From: an uncultured Lachnospiraceae bacterium
GTDB taxonomy: Bacteria; Bacillota; Clostridia; Lachnospirales; Lachnospiraceae
DNA: 64,000 nucleotides
Assembly: GCA_910577785.1 (NCBI GenBank)
Contig: CAJTNT010000023.1
Coordinates: 4,074-68,073 of the forward strand
Direction of reading: 5' to 3'
The notes below the pieces were generated by a model, which was given only the letters and a program-made list of their open reading frames with translations, had not been told where the DNA came from and ran no database searches. Of the stretch, positions 35,633 to 45,419 are shown one piece after another; within the stretch, counting starts at the first letter, position 1, and the number at the start of each line of letters is the position of its first letter. Position numbers and translations under genes: made by a program.

Positions 35633-38600
35633 ATGAAGCAGTGCATGAAGCGGTACCTGGCATTAATCTTAACATTTGCCATGGTATTCACCATGCTTCC
35701 CTCAACCCTGGTACGTGCAGAAGGCGAGGGAGGAACTGTCGGCGTGACCCAGACAGTGAAGGCAAGTAAGTTTGTGGTAGCTGGGTCAGAAGGCATCAAA
35801 GATGGTACCAACGGGGCAAAATCATACCTGATTGGTACGAGCGAGATTACAGAAACAGGAAACGAGAAGGCCGCGGCATATGTTGCGGATGAGACAGGCA
35901 AAGGCAGGAATCAGGTAGGCAGCTGCAGGGTTGCAGGATTGGGCTTTGCATTGCCGCAGGGGCTGGATGTGGAGTCGATTGCCAATGCATCCGTCGAAAT
36001 CACCATATTTGACGGTAATGACGTACTCAACAACGGCATGGAGACAAAGGCAGGTTTGTTCCGGGTAGCCGCAGAGAAATATGAGGGGCTCCAGTCCGAC
36101 AACACATCCAATGCGCCAGGGGCAACCTTCCCGGCATTAGATGGCTACACGAAGGATAAGACGGTCTATGGGGATGGGTGGATTTTCTTCCATAAGTATG
36201 AGGCTCAGGATCAGAAGGTTACGTTTGATGTAACGAATTGGATTAAGGAAGCGGTTACAAATAAGGATGCAAATGCAGTTTTCCGTCTGCAGACAGTAAT
36301 GGGCGGTTTTTATGTATATGATGCGAACGCAGGGGATCTTGCGCCTGCTCTTTCTATCACGACCATGGGCAAGGTTTCTGACAGCGCCATCGCATCTTAT
36401 GATTTCGATAAGTATCAGGCGGGCGAGGGAAATACCCTTACAGATGGAACCAGTACCTTAGCGCTGGAAGCTGTAAATGGCGGTAAGCTGCCAGAATTGG
36501 CACAGGATGAGCGGAGAGGGCAGGTTCTGTCCCTTACAGAGCAAAATTATGACAAGAGAGGCTATGCGCTCCTTCCATCCAATCCGTTTGCTGGGAAATC
36601 AGTGGATAATGGCTTTACCCTGAGTTTTTGGACAAAGTCTAAGAAGGCGCCGGCCAACAACCGCTGTCTGCTTGACTTTGAAGTGGCTCCTGCTGCGGCA
36701 GGCAAGAGGGCAGGGACAGTTGCCGTGAACCAGTCTTATGTATACTGGAATACCACAGATCAGAATGAGAACTTTATGGATTTCCAGACCGACAAACTGG
36801 ATCTGGCCGCGGCAAATGGCTGGGTGATGGTGACGATGGCGATTACCAAGGAAGGGGTTACCTTCTACCGCAATAACCAGAAGATATCCCATAATATCAC
36901 ATCACAGCATAGCACAGATTATGTACAGATGATTGGCGATATGGCAGGGACCAGCGGCTTGGTTGAGAACGCGGAAGATACCAAGGTGCGTATCGGCGCA
37001 AGCCTTGCAACCTATTGGCATTGTGCAGGCGCATGGATTGACGATATTTCCTTCTATGACAGGGCTCTGTCCGATGGAGAAGTGTCAGCGCTTTATAATG
37101 AGACGTATGTTCCAGTAGAGCTGCAGGGCGTTACCGTTTCTGGGCCGAAGGAAGTGGATGAAGAAAAGAGCATCCAGCTGACCAGGACGCTGGCGCCTAC
37201 AGATGCTACCGTTGATACAACTACCATTTGGAAATCCAGTGATGAGAGCGTCCTGAAAATTGATGCAAATGGCAAGGCGACAGGCCTTAAGGGAGGAAAA
37301 GCAAGCGTAACGGCAACCGTTGCCGGCATCACCTCCGAGCCTTATGAGATTACGGTAAATAAGTTAAACTTCACCGAAGAATTGGAAGCAGGGAAATACC
37401 TGACAGTATATTCCACAACAAAGGCCTTCTATGCCAATGCTGCCAACCTGGAACAGGAAACCAGGAGCGTCTATATGGCAGTCAGCAAGGATGGCAAGGA
37501 ATTTGAAGTATTGAACAATGGCGGCGGCGTGATCTTCTCCAAAAACACAAGCGGTACGCTCCGGGTGACAGAACCCAAGATTGCCAAAGTAGACGGCAAG
37601 TTTACGGTTGTTGCCAAAGATTCAGATACATCCAAAGGATTCCATAAATTCACTTCTGCAGATGGCGTGAATTATTATGATGATGAGATTGTCCAGGAGA
37701 GCGGCATTGCTGATGCTAACCTGAAGAAATCCAACTTCAAGCTGATGCTGCATGGCGAAAATATCCTTAACACTGATGAGAGTATTACTTTAGGCAATGC
37801 CCTGAAGCTTACGGATGAAGAGTACACATATATTGTAAATAAGCTTGGTACCGTAGTGAACAATGGGCTGGAAGAATTGGCTGAAGTAGATGCTACGGGT
37901 GTAAAAGATGCAGACGGGCTTCTTGGCAAGCTGCAGAAGACCGTAAATGCAACTTATACTGACGGCTCTGTCCAGAAGTTTAATATTGACTGGAGCGAGG
38001 CGGTTAAGAATGTTGATTTGACGAAACCAGGTAGCTATGAGCTGACAGGAAATGTAATCCAGACACAGTATATTAACAAATTAAAAGAATTAAATGGGAG
38101 CAGCCTCCCAGATGATGATCCGGCAAATGTAGGTGTGAATTTCCCGGATAATTACGATCCGGCAACTGGGACCGTATACTATGACAAGACAAAATTTGTA
38201 GAAGGCATGGCCGATCCCTGTATTTATTGGGATGAGCAGACGGGATATTATTACATGACAGGTTCTTATTTCCCGGAGAGCGGCGATGAAATTGATGCCA
38301 ATGACAAGACGGAGCAGTATGACCGTGTGGTATTGAGGCGCGCAAGGACATTGGAAGGCCTTCAGAGCCGCAAAGACCAGGTAACCATCTGGAAGGTTGG
38401 GAACCAGGGATACACAGATGCCAACGGGACACAGGCAGAGCGCGGCTACCGCTATATCTGGGCGCCGGAAATCCACCGTGTAGGCGATAACTGGGTGGTT
38501 TACTTTACCGAGAGCCACAGCAGCCTGTTCGATATTTTCTGCCATGTATTAGTGCTGCCAGGCGACCAGGATCCATATGAGACAGCGTTAACCGCTTCAA

Positions 38601-40057
38601 ACCAGGTATCTCAATGGAAAGATTACAAGATGACCTCTACACAGGCAAATGACCCGTTCAATCTAGCATTTTGCCTGGATATGACGTATTTTAAAGATGA
38701 AGTGAATGGCACATCCTATGTTATCTGGGCAGGGAAGCCAACAGTAGCTTATCAGGGTACCAGCACGGATTTATTCATTGCGACGGTAGACGAGAGCCAG
38801 CCATGGAAGATTACTTCTGCGCCGACCCGCCTCACCAAGTCTGATTATGGATGGGAGCGTGTGCGTTTCTGTGTAAATGAGGGCGCGACAATATTGCAGC
38901 ACGATGGAAATGTTTTTATGTGCTATTCCGTTTCCGGGACAGGATCTGAGTATGCAATCGGTATGTGCAATGCCAAAGGCGGAGCAGATTTGCTGGATAT
39001 CAATAATTGGACGAAGAGTCCCTATCCGTTGCTGACCTCCCGCGATGTGAATGGAGAAGAAGGACCAGGGCATAACTCCTTTACGGTAGACCAGGATGGA
39101 AATGCTATTTTTGTATACCATGCAAGGCCGACTTCCCATAATTATCAGAAATGCGGCAAGTACAATAGCGAGCCGCTGAACGACCCCTGCCGCCATGCGC
39201 GCCTGAAGCGCGTACACTGGTCAGCAGACGGTACGCCAATCCTGAAGATGACCTATGAAAATGAGCTTCTGGATCAGTTTAAGACAGTAAAGGTAAAGGT
39301 AAAAGTTGGGGAACCTACGGTACCTGTAGCCAGCGTGAAGTTAAGCAAGACATCCCTTACCATGTATGTAAAGGATAAAGCTGTGACCCTGAAGGCAACC
39401 GTATCCCCAAGCAATGCGACAGACAAGGCTGTGACATGGAACAGCAGCAATGTCAAAGTAGCCAAAGTAGACGCCAACGGCAAGGTAACCCCAGTGGCAA
39501 AGGGAACCGCAACCATCACTGCCAAGACAGCCAATGGCAAGACAGCCACCTGTAAGGTAACGGTTAAGGTACATGTCACCAAGGTAACTCTGTCCAAGAA
39601 GACGGCTACCATGGGCGAGAAGGGATCCCTTGCTTTGACGGCAACCGTATCGCCAAGTAACGCAAATGACAAGAAAGTAACCTGGAAGAGCAGCAAGACG
39701 AGCCTTGCTACGGTTTCCTCCAGGGGCGTAGTCAAGGCCAAGAAGGCCGGCAAGGTAAAGATTACCGCCAAAGCAGACGGCAAATCCGCAACCTGCACCA
39801 TCACCATCAAGAAGGCTCCGACCAAGATTACCGTCAAGAAGCCAAGCGTTACCATCAAGAGGAAGAAAACATACAAGATTAAGTATACCTTAAAGCCAAG
39901 CGGCGCAATGAACAAGGTTACCTACAGCTCTAATAAGAAGAGCGTTGCCACGGTATCCAAGTCAGGCGTTATCAAAGGCGTAAAGAAGGGCACGGCTGTA
40001 ATTACGGTTAAGACCTATAACAAGAAAACGGCAAAGATTAAAGTAAGGGTAAAATAA
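35633..40057 (+). CDS. secreted multidomain GH43 glycoside hydrolase (LamG-like, Big_2, beta-propeller GH43 core, 4x C-terminal Big_2)
   Basis: 1474 aa with signal peptide MKQCMKRYLALILTFAMVFTMLPSTLVRAEG. GH43 blocks: MADPCIYWDEQTGYYYMTGS, YIWAPEIHRVGDNWVVYFT, NEGATILQHDGNVFMCYS, GPGHNSFTVDQDGNAIFVYHA. Big_2 repeats contain ATITAKTANGKTATCKVTV and similar. Confidence 0.85.
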   Translation: MKQCMKRYLALILTFAMVFTMLPSTLVRAEGEGGTVGVTQTVKASKFVVAGSEGIKDGTNGAKSYLIGTSEITETGNEKAAAYVADETGKGRNQVGSCRVAGLGFALPQGLDVESIANASVEITIFDGNDVLNNGMETKAGLFRVAAEKYEGLQSDNTSNAPGATFPALDGYTKDKTVYGDGWIFFHKYEAQDQKVTFDVTNWIKEAVTNKDANAVFRLQTVMGGFYVYDANAGDLAPALSITTMGKVSDSAIASYDFDKYQAGEGNTLTDGTSTLALEAVNGGKLPELAQDERRGQVLSLTEQNYDKRGYALLPSNPFAGKSVDNGFTLSFWTKSKKAPANNRCLLDFEVAPAAAGKRAGTVAVNQSYVYWNTTDQNENFMDFQTDKLDLAAANGWVMVTMAITKEGVTFYRNNQKISHNITSQHSTDYVQMIGDMAGTSGLVENAEDTKVRIGASLATYWHCAGAWIDDISFYDRALSDGEVSALYNETYVPVELQGVTVSGPKEVDEEKSIQLTRTLAPTDATVDTTTIWKSSDESVLKIDANGKATGLKGGKASVTATVAGITSEPYEITVNKLNFTEELEAGKYLTVYSTTKAFYANAANLEQETRSVYMAVSKDGKEFEVLNNGGGVIFSKNTSGTLRVTEPKIAKVDGKFTVVAKDSDTSKGFHKFTSADGVNYYDDEIVQESGIADANLKKSNFKLMLHGENILNTDESITLGNALKLTDEEYTYIVNKLGTVVNNGLEELAEVDATGVKDADGLLGKLQKTVNATYTDGSVQKFNIDWSEAVKNVDLTKPGSYELTGNVIQTQYINKLKELNGSSLPDDDPANVGVNFPDNYDPATGTVYYDKTKFVEGMADPCIYWDEQTGYYYMTGSYFPESGDEIDANDKTEQYDRVVLRRARTLEGLQSRKDQVTIWKVGNQGYTDANGTQAERGYRYIWAPEIHRVGDNWVVYFTESHSSLFDIFCHVLVLPGDQDPYETALTASNQVSQWKDYKMTSTQANDPFNLAFCLDMTYFKDEVNGTSYVIWAGKPTVAYQGTSTDLFIATVDESQPWKITSAPTRLTKSDYGWERVRFCVNEGATILQHDGNVFMCYSVSGTGSEYAIGMCNAKGGADLLDINNWTKSPYPLLTSRDVNGEEGPGHNSFTVDQDGNAIFVYHARPTSHNYQKCGKYNSEPLNDPCRHARLKRVHWSADGTPILKMTYENELLDQFKTVKVKVKVGEPTVPVASVKLSKTSLTMYVKDKAVTLKATVSPSNATDKAVTWNSSNVKVAKVDANGKVTPVAKGTATITAKTANGKTATCKVTVKVHVTKVTLSKKTATMGEKGSLALTATVSPSNANDKKVTWKSSKTSLATVSSRGVVKAKKAGKVKITAKADGKSATCTITIKKAPTKITVKKPSVTIKRKKTYKIKYTLKPSGAMNKVTYSSNKKSVATVSKSGVIKGVKKGTAVITVKTYNKKTAKIKVRVK

Positions 40058-40159
40058 TTTACCCGGAAAGTAAGGCACACCCCTGATTCCTGCGATGCGT
40101 TTCGTTACCTGTAAGGCAATTGCTTTCCTGGCAGATCTGGGAAGAAGCAGGGGTTTGAG

Positions 40160-40192
40160 AAAAGGCATGGCTTGGCGGCCATGCCTTTTCCG
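40160..40192 (+). terminator. rho-independent terminator after the GH43 gene
   Basis: AAAAGGCATGGC-TTGGCG-GCCATGCCTTTT followed by CCGTTTCT. Confidence 0.75.
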
Positions 40193-40264
40193 TTTCTAAC
40201 GTTACCATGCGTGGCTTCCTGGCCGTGAACCGCCATGCAGCGCCACAGTGAGAAAGGAGAAAAA

Positions 40265-41527
40265 ATGGCACAAATATTGCAATTAGACGAAATCCAGGAA
40301 AGGGTAGTTTTGGTAGGCGTCAGCCAGCAAGAAGGGGATGATGCAAAGGATTCTTTGGATGAGCTGGCCGAACTGGCACAGACTGCCGGTGCCCAGGTGG
40401 TCGGCACAGTCCTCCAGTCCAGGGAAAGCATTCACCCGGGTACCTATGTGGGTACTGGAAAACTTCTGGAAATCCGCCAGCTGCTGTCCGAAACAGATGC
40501 CACAGGGATTATCTGTGACGATGAGCTGTCCCCTGCCCAGCTGCGGAACATGGAAGATGAATTGGAATGTAAGATTATGGATCGTACCTTGCTGATCCTG
40601 GATATTTTTGCCGCCAGGGCTTCCACCAGCGAAGGCAAAATCCAGGTGGAGCTTGCCCAGCTTCGGTATAGGATGAGCCGCCTATCCGGCCTGGGCAAAG
40701 CGCTATCCCGCCTGGGCGGCGGCATTGGCACCCGGGGGCCTGGCGAGAAGAAGCTGGAAATGGACCGCCGCCTGATTAAGTCCCGCATTTCCCATCTGAA
40801 ACAGGAACTGGCGCAAGTGCGGCAGCACCGGGAAGTGGCCAGGAGCCAAAGGAGCCGCAGCCATACGAAGAGCGCGGCCATTGTAGGCTATACCAATGCC
40901 GGGAAGTCCACCCTGCTCAATTGCCTGACAGATGCAGATGTACTGGAAGAAGATAAGCTGTTTGCCACCCTGGATCCCACGACCCGCATCTTGAAGCTGG
41001 ACAGCGGCCAGGAGCTTCTGCTCACGGATACGGTTGGTTTTATCCGTAAGCTGCCGCACCACTTGATCGAGGCCTTCAAAAGCACACTGGAAGAGGCAAA
41101 GTATGCAGATTTTATCCTCCATGTGGTAGACGCCTCCAATCCCCAGCGGGAAAAGCAGATGCACATTGTCTATGAGACATTGCAGAGCCTGGGAATTTCT
41201 GGTAAAAAAGTTATCACCTTATGGAATAAGCAGGATAAGCTCTCAGAGCCAGAACGGATCCATGATGCGCGGGCGGATAGAGCCTTATGGATTTCTGCGA
41301 AGAGCGGATATGGGATAGATGAGCTGAAAGGGATCTTAGAAGAAACCTTACGGGAAGATAAGAGGCTGCTGGAAGGCGTGTTCCCTTACAGCGAAGGCGG
41401 GCAGGTTTCGCTGGTTCGCAAGTTTGGGGAGCTGCTGGAAGAAGAATATCAAGAAGACGGCATCTATGTCAAGGCCTTTGTGCCGAGGGAATTGTATCAT
41501 AACCTGCAAATCAAAATGGAAGCTTGA
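40265..41527 (+). CDS. hflX: GTPase HflX
   Basis: I set the start at ATG 40265 (GAAAGGAG upstream). The HflX N-domain (ILDIFAARASTSEGKIQVELAQL) is followed by the G-domain motifs GYTNAGKSTLLN, DTVGF and NKQD. Confidence 0.93.
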   Translation: MAQILQLDEIQERVVLVGVSQQEGDDAKDSLDELAELAQTAGAQVVGTVLQSRESIHPGTYVGTGKLLEIRQLLSETDATGIICDDELSPAQLRNMEDELECKIMDRTLLILDIFAARASTSEGKIQVELAQLRYRMSRLSGLGKALSRLGGGIGTRGPGEKKLEMDRRLIKSRISHLKQELAQVRQHREVARSQRSRSHTKSAAIVGYTNAGKSTLLNCLTDADVLEEDKLFATLDPTTRILKLDSGQELLLTDTVGFIRKLPHHLIEAFKSTLEEAKYADFILHVVDASNPQREKQMHIVYETLQSLGISGKKVITLWNKQDKLSEPERIHDARADRALWISAKSGYGIDELKGILEETLREDKRLLEGVFPYSEGGQVSLVRKFGELLEEEYQEDGIYVKAFVPRELYHNLQIKMEA

Positions 41528-41534
41528 AGTATCG

Positions 41535-41577
41535 CCCAGGCATCAGAGCCATATAAGGACATAATGCCTGGGTTTTT
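41535..41577. terminator. terminator hairpin between convergent hflX and fabH
   Basis: CCCAGGCAT (41535-41543) pairs with ATGCCTGGG (41564-41572), followed by TTTTT on the plus strand. Confidence 0.6.
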
Positions 41578-41583
41578 ATACCC

Positions 41584-42552
41584 TTACCATTTCAGCAAAG
41601 CTGCTCCCCAGGTAAGCCCTGCGCCAAATCCTGACAGCAGGATCAGGCTGTCTTTGGGCAGCATTCCTTTTTTATTTACCTCATCTAAAAGGATGGGGAT
41701 GCTGGCCGCGGAAGTATTGCCGCAATGGCTTACATTAGAAGGAAACTTCTCTAAAGGAAGCTTGAGTTTGCGGGCAATGGAAGCAATAATCCGATAATTC
41801 GCCTGGTGGAGCAGATAATAATCAACGTCGGCGGGCTGCATACCGGCCTGCTGCAAAAGAGCCTGGATGCATTCCGGCTCTTTTTTGACAGCAAACTTAA
41901 ATACTTCCTGCCCGTCCATAAAGAGATAGTCTAACTCCGTGCCAGTATGGATATAAGGATTGTTGTTCGACCGGTTCCGGCAGACGAGGATATCGCCGCC
42001 GCTGCCATCCGAGCCCTGCAGGGAGGCAATCATCCCTTCCTCAGAGGCCTTAGCTACGGCAGCCCCTGCCCCGTCGCCAAACAGGACACAGGTAGAACGG
42101 TCTGACCAGTCAATCAGCTTGGAGAGGGTTTCCACGCCAATAATCAGCGCTGTTTGGTAAATGCCAGCCTGGAAATACGCATCCACCGTATTTAATGCAA
42201 AGAGGAACCCAGAGCAGGCCGCATTGATGTCAAAGGCGGCCGCATGGGAGGCCCCCAGCTCCTTCTGTACCATGCAGGCCGTGCTGGGCGTCATGAAATC
42301 GGAGGAGACAGTGGCCACCAGGATGAGATCCAGCTGCTGGGGGAGGATCCCTGCGTCCGTCAAGGCAGCCTGGCCTGCCTTGACAGCCATGGAGAGGGTA
42401 GTTTCATGCTCTGCGGATACCAGGTGGCGCCCGCAGATTCCCGTGCGGCTCTGGATCCATTCATCGCTGGTATCCACAAGGGCAGACAGCGCATCATTTG
42501 TTACAATCTTATCCGGGAGGCAGCTTCCGGTGCCAATAATTTTTGCTCTCAT
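41584..42552 (-). CDS. fabH: 3-oxoacyl-ACP synthase III (FabH)
   Basis: 322 aa with AAFDINAACSGF (active-site Cys), HQANYRI and GNTSAASIP. No other fab genes are adjacent. Confidence 0.93.
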   Translation of the reverse strand: MRAKIIGTGSCLPDKIVTNDALSALVDTSDEWIQSRTGICGRHLVSAEHETTLSMAVKAGQAALTDAGILPQQLDLILVATVSSDFMTPSTACMVQKELGASHAAAFDINAACSGFLFALNTVDAYFQAGIYQTALIIGVETLSKLIDWSDRSTCVLFGDGAGAAVAKASEEGMIASLQGSDGSGGDILVCRNRSNNNPYIHTGTELDYLFMDGQEVFKFAVKKEPECIQALLQQAGMQPADVDYYLLHQANYRIIASIARKLKLPLEKFPSNVSHCGNTSAASIPILLDEVNKKGMLPKDSLILLSGFGAGLTWGAALLKW

Positions 42553-42668
42553 TTTATCATCCTATCCTTTGATGTTTGCTACATTTCTATTAGCGTATCC
42601 CTAATGGTTTGATAATCAAAATAATTATATATTTAATATAAACGCAGAAAGGCAATTTGTCAATGGGA

Positions 42669-42696
42669 ACTTTTCTGTTTCTCTGTGCATAGTATA
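42669..42696 (+). promoter_or_regulatory. candidate SigK-type (late mother-cell) promoter upstream of the amidase gene
   Basis: AC (42669-42670), 17 nt, CATAGTATA (42688-42696). This matches the B. subtilis SigK pattern AC-16/17-CATAnnnTA. The match is short, so the chance-hit risk is real. Confidence 0.35.
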
Positions 42697-42797
42697 AAAG
42701 AAAAAAGGTGTTACTATTGACTGGCTCAGGATTGGGCGTGAGCGGAGCATAGGATCCGTTCTCATGCCATGGATAGTAACAAAAAGGTGGAGGAAGC

Positions 42798-43556
42798 ATG
42801 GCGATTACAATTATCTTAGATGCCGGGCATGGAGGGTACGACAACGGCGCGTCTTATCAGGGAAGGAAGGAAAAGGATGATACCCTGCGGGTAACTCTGG
42901 CTGTGGGGGATGAGCTAGAGCGGGAGGGATACAATGTGCTTTACACAAGGACGGAGGACAGGTACGACTCTCCGATAGAGAAGGCACAGATTGCCAACCG
43001 TTCCGGGGCGGATTACTTTATCTCGTTCCATCGTAATTCCAGTGTGACTCCCAACACGTACCAGGGCACACAGGCTCTGGTCTATGAGGCGGATTCGGAG
43101 GCGGCAAGGCTGGGCAAATCCATCAATGACGAGCTGGTGGAATTTGGATTCAAAGACCTGGATGTGGTGGAGCGCCCGGGGCTTGTGGTCTTGCGGAGGA
43201 CGGAGATGCCGGCGGTGCTGATGGAGCTGGGATTTATCAACAATACAGGGGACAATCAGCTGTTTGACCAGCAGTTCGACGAGATGGTGGACGCCATCGT
43301 GGAAGGGATCCGGCGAGCGCTGCCGCTGGAGGGGCAGCCCAGGCGGTATGGGGTGCAGGTAGGGCTGTATCAGTACGAGTCCAATGCGGACTATATGGAA
43401 GAACAGTTGGAAGATCAGGGATATTCCGTGGAAATCCTGTGGCAAGACCCGTACTACGCCGTTGTGGTGGGAGAGGTAGCGACACTGGAAGAAGCCGCAG
43501 CACTACAGGCCAGGCTGCGCCAGGATGGCTATGATACGCTGGTGGTAAATTTATAG
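42798..43556 (+). CDS. N-acetylmuramoyl-L-alanine amidase (Amidase_3) with C-terminal SPOR-like domain (CwlC-like)
   Basis: 252 aa with ILDAGHGGYDNGA, ISFHRNS and ELGFINN. The C-terminus YGVQVGLYQYESNADYMEEQLEDQGY...VVVGEVATLEEAAALQARLRQDGY fits a SPOR repeat. Confidence 0.88.
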   Translation: MAITIILDAGHGGYDNGASYQGRKEKDDTLRVTLAVGDELEREGYNVLYTRTEDRYDSPIEKAQIANRSGADYFISFHRNSSVTPNTYQGTQALVYEADSEAARLGKSINDELVEFGFKDLDVVERPGLVVLRRTEMPAVLMELGFINNTGDNQLFDQQFDEMVDAIVEGIRRALPLEGQPRRYGVQVGLYQYESNADYMEEQLEDQGYSVEILWQDPYYAVVVGEVATLEEAAALQARLRQDGYDTLVVNL

Positions 43557-43586
43557 TAGGAATATAAAAGTGATATTCACGCCTCA

Positions 43587-43625
43587 GGAACGCGCAAAAC
43601 TGTGCGTTCCGTGAGAACACATCCG
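43587..43625. repeat. intergenic repeat family member (hairpin plus TTCCGTGAGAACA core)
   Basis: The hairpin is GGAACGCGCA-AAAC-TGTGCGTTCC. The core TTCCGTGAGAACA (43607-43619) is shared with 56410-56422 and, in reverse complement, with the 59381-59454 copy. Confidence 0.65.
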
Positions 43626-43927
43626 CGCAGGAGAGATGTACCATACAGGGGATAGGTTGCAAGCGTGTGGGGCGAATCATACTTAAGAAATCTTAAATTT
43701 CTATAAATTAGTAAAATTTTATTTACATTTGCTGTTAAATCAGCTAAGATATGCATATCCTTTGTTGTGCCTTTTTTGGAGGCAGTGGGTCAGAGCTGGA
43801 TAGAAGAGCTTTCTTAAGTATATTGTCAGCACAAGGTCTGTGCATTTGATCCCGAAATATAGATAGTATATTCGTTTTCCATTTACACCTGATAAATGTA
43901 TTTCTCCGAACACAAAGGAGAGATAAG

Positions 43928-44842
43928 ATGAAAATAGCATTTTGGAGTGGACAGGAAAAGGTGGGTACGACTTTTAACACAGCAGCGATTGCTTGTGCGG
44001 CAGTGATGATGTATCCGATATCCATAGGGATGATTTCCAGTGATTATTGTGACAGGGATTTAGAGAAGAACTTTCAAGGAAAAGCACAGGATGGCAGGAG
44101 AGCCTGGAGGCGCTGGAATGGCGGCGGGCCATGGGAGGCCGGAGGAACTCTGGCAGCAGGCCAGGCCATGGCGGCTGTGGCGGCAGGAAAAGAGGCTGGA
44201 GGGCTCTTGGTGGCAGCTGAAGAGGAAGAATATTTTCTGGACGGCGGGCTGGACTGTCTGCTGTGCAGGGAAGAAGAATTGGATGGACAGCTGCTTCGGC
44301 AAAATATGCAGCAGATCATCGAGGGAAGGCTTTCTGTCTTGCCTAGCAGTCGCAGGCAGGAGTACAAATGGTGGTACAAGGATCGCCTGTTTGCGCAGAT
44401 GCGGCGGATTGTGGCGCTGATGGAGGAGAGTTTCGACCTGGTGCTGATAGACTGTGGAGCCAGAAGGGATGATTTTACCCGCGAGATCTTACAGGAATCA
44501 GAGCTGTGCGTATTGAATATGGATCAGGCCTCAGAACAGATTGGGGATTTCTACCGTACGCCTCCTACCTTTCGGGCAAAGACCTTTTTCCTGGTGGGGA
44601 ATTATTTTCAGGAAGAGCTGTACAACCGGGAAAACCTGGAACGCCTTTACCGCATGGAAGCGGATATGCTGGGCGCTATTCCCTATAACCCGCAGATGCA
44701 GGCCGCCAGCAAGGCCGGCATGATGGACATTGGCATCCGAAAGTATATTAACCATGGTATGAGGGGGAAAAATATAGGCTTCGAGCAGGAAACGATAAGG
44801 TCTGCCCGTCTCATTTTGAAACGGGCAGGGGTAATAGAGTGA
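43928..44842 (+). CDS. ParA/MinD-like P-loop-fold protein with degenerate Walker A and a low-complexity insertion
   Basis: 304 aa. The N-terminus KIAFWSGQEKVGTTFNTAAIA occupies the position of the deviant Walker A (KGGxGKT) but lacks the Lys. A Walker B-like FDLVLIDCG and a C-terminal LGAIPYNPQM, typical of MinD/CpaE-like proteins, are present. Residues ~55-100 are Ala/Gly/Trp/Glu-rich. Confidence 0.5.
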   Translation: MKIAFWSGQEKVGTTFNTAAIACAAVMMYPISIGMISSDYCDRDLEKNFQGKAQDGRRAWRRWNGGGPWEAGGTLAAGQAMAAVAAGKEAGGLLVAAEEEEYFLDGGLDCLLCREEELDGQLLRQNMQQIIEGRLSVLPSSRRQEYKWWYKDRLFAQMRRIVALMEESFDLVLIDCGARRDDFTREILQESELCVLNMDQASEQIGDFYRTPPTFRAKTFFLVGNYFQEELYNRENLERLYRMEADMLGAIPYNPQMQAASKAGMMDIGIRKYINHGMRGKNIGFEQETIRSARLILKRAGVIE

Positions 44843-44855
44843 TTCCTCGCTCTTT

Positions 44856-45419
44856 TTATAGGGTTTCCGGCTGTGGATAGTCTTTGCCGAACGTTTCTAC
44901 CGTGACTTTTTTCATAACCTGCGGATCCATAGGACAGTCTGAGTAGTCTGTACGGATCTGGGCAATGGTGTCAACAGCGTCCATCCCTTCGGTTACCTTG
45001 CCAAAGGCAGCATATGCCCCGTCCAGATGGGGGGCGTCCTGGTGCATGATAAAAAACTGGGATCCTGCGGAATCTGGCTCCATAGTACGTGCCATAGAGA
45101 GTACGCCTGCACTGTGTTTTAAGTCATTCTGCACGCCGTTTTGGGAAAATTCCCCGCGGATGCTGTAGCCTGGCCCGCCAGTCCCGGTTCCGTTCGGGCA
45201 GCCGCCTTGAATCATAAATCCTGGGATGACCCGATGGAAGCAGAGCCCGTCATAGTATCCTTGTTGAATCAGGCTGATAAAATTGTTTACGGTATTGGGG
45301 GCAATGTGGGGATAGAGTTCCGCCTTTATGGCGCTGCCATTTTCCATTTCAATGGTTACGATTGGGTTTTTTGCCGCAGTTTCCTCCGTTGCTGTGTGAG
45401 CATGTAGTGATTGTGCCAT
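44856..45419 (-). CDS. peptidyl-prolyl cis-trans isomerase, cyclophilin type
   Basis: 187 aa with FHRVIPGFMIQGG, GTGGPGY, SMARTMEPDSAGSQFFI and FGKV. Confidence 0.93.
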   Translation of the reverse strand: MAQSLHAHTATEETAAKNPIVTIEMENGSAIKAELYPHIAPNTVNNFISLIQQGYYDGLCFHRVIPGFMIQGGCPNGTGTGGPGYSIRGEFSQNGVQNDLKHSAGVLSMARTMEPDSAGSQFFIMHQDAPHLDGAYAAFGKVTEGMDAVDTIAQIRTDYSDCPMDPQVMKKVTVETFGKDYPQPETL

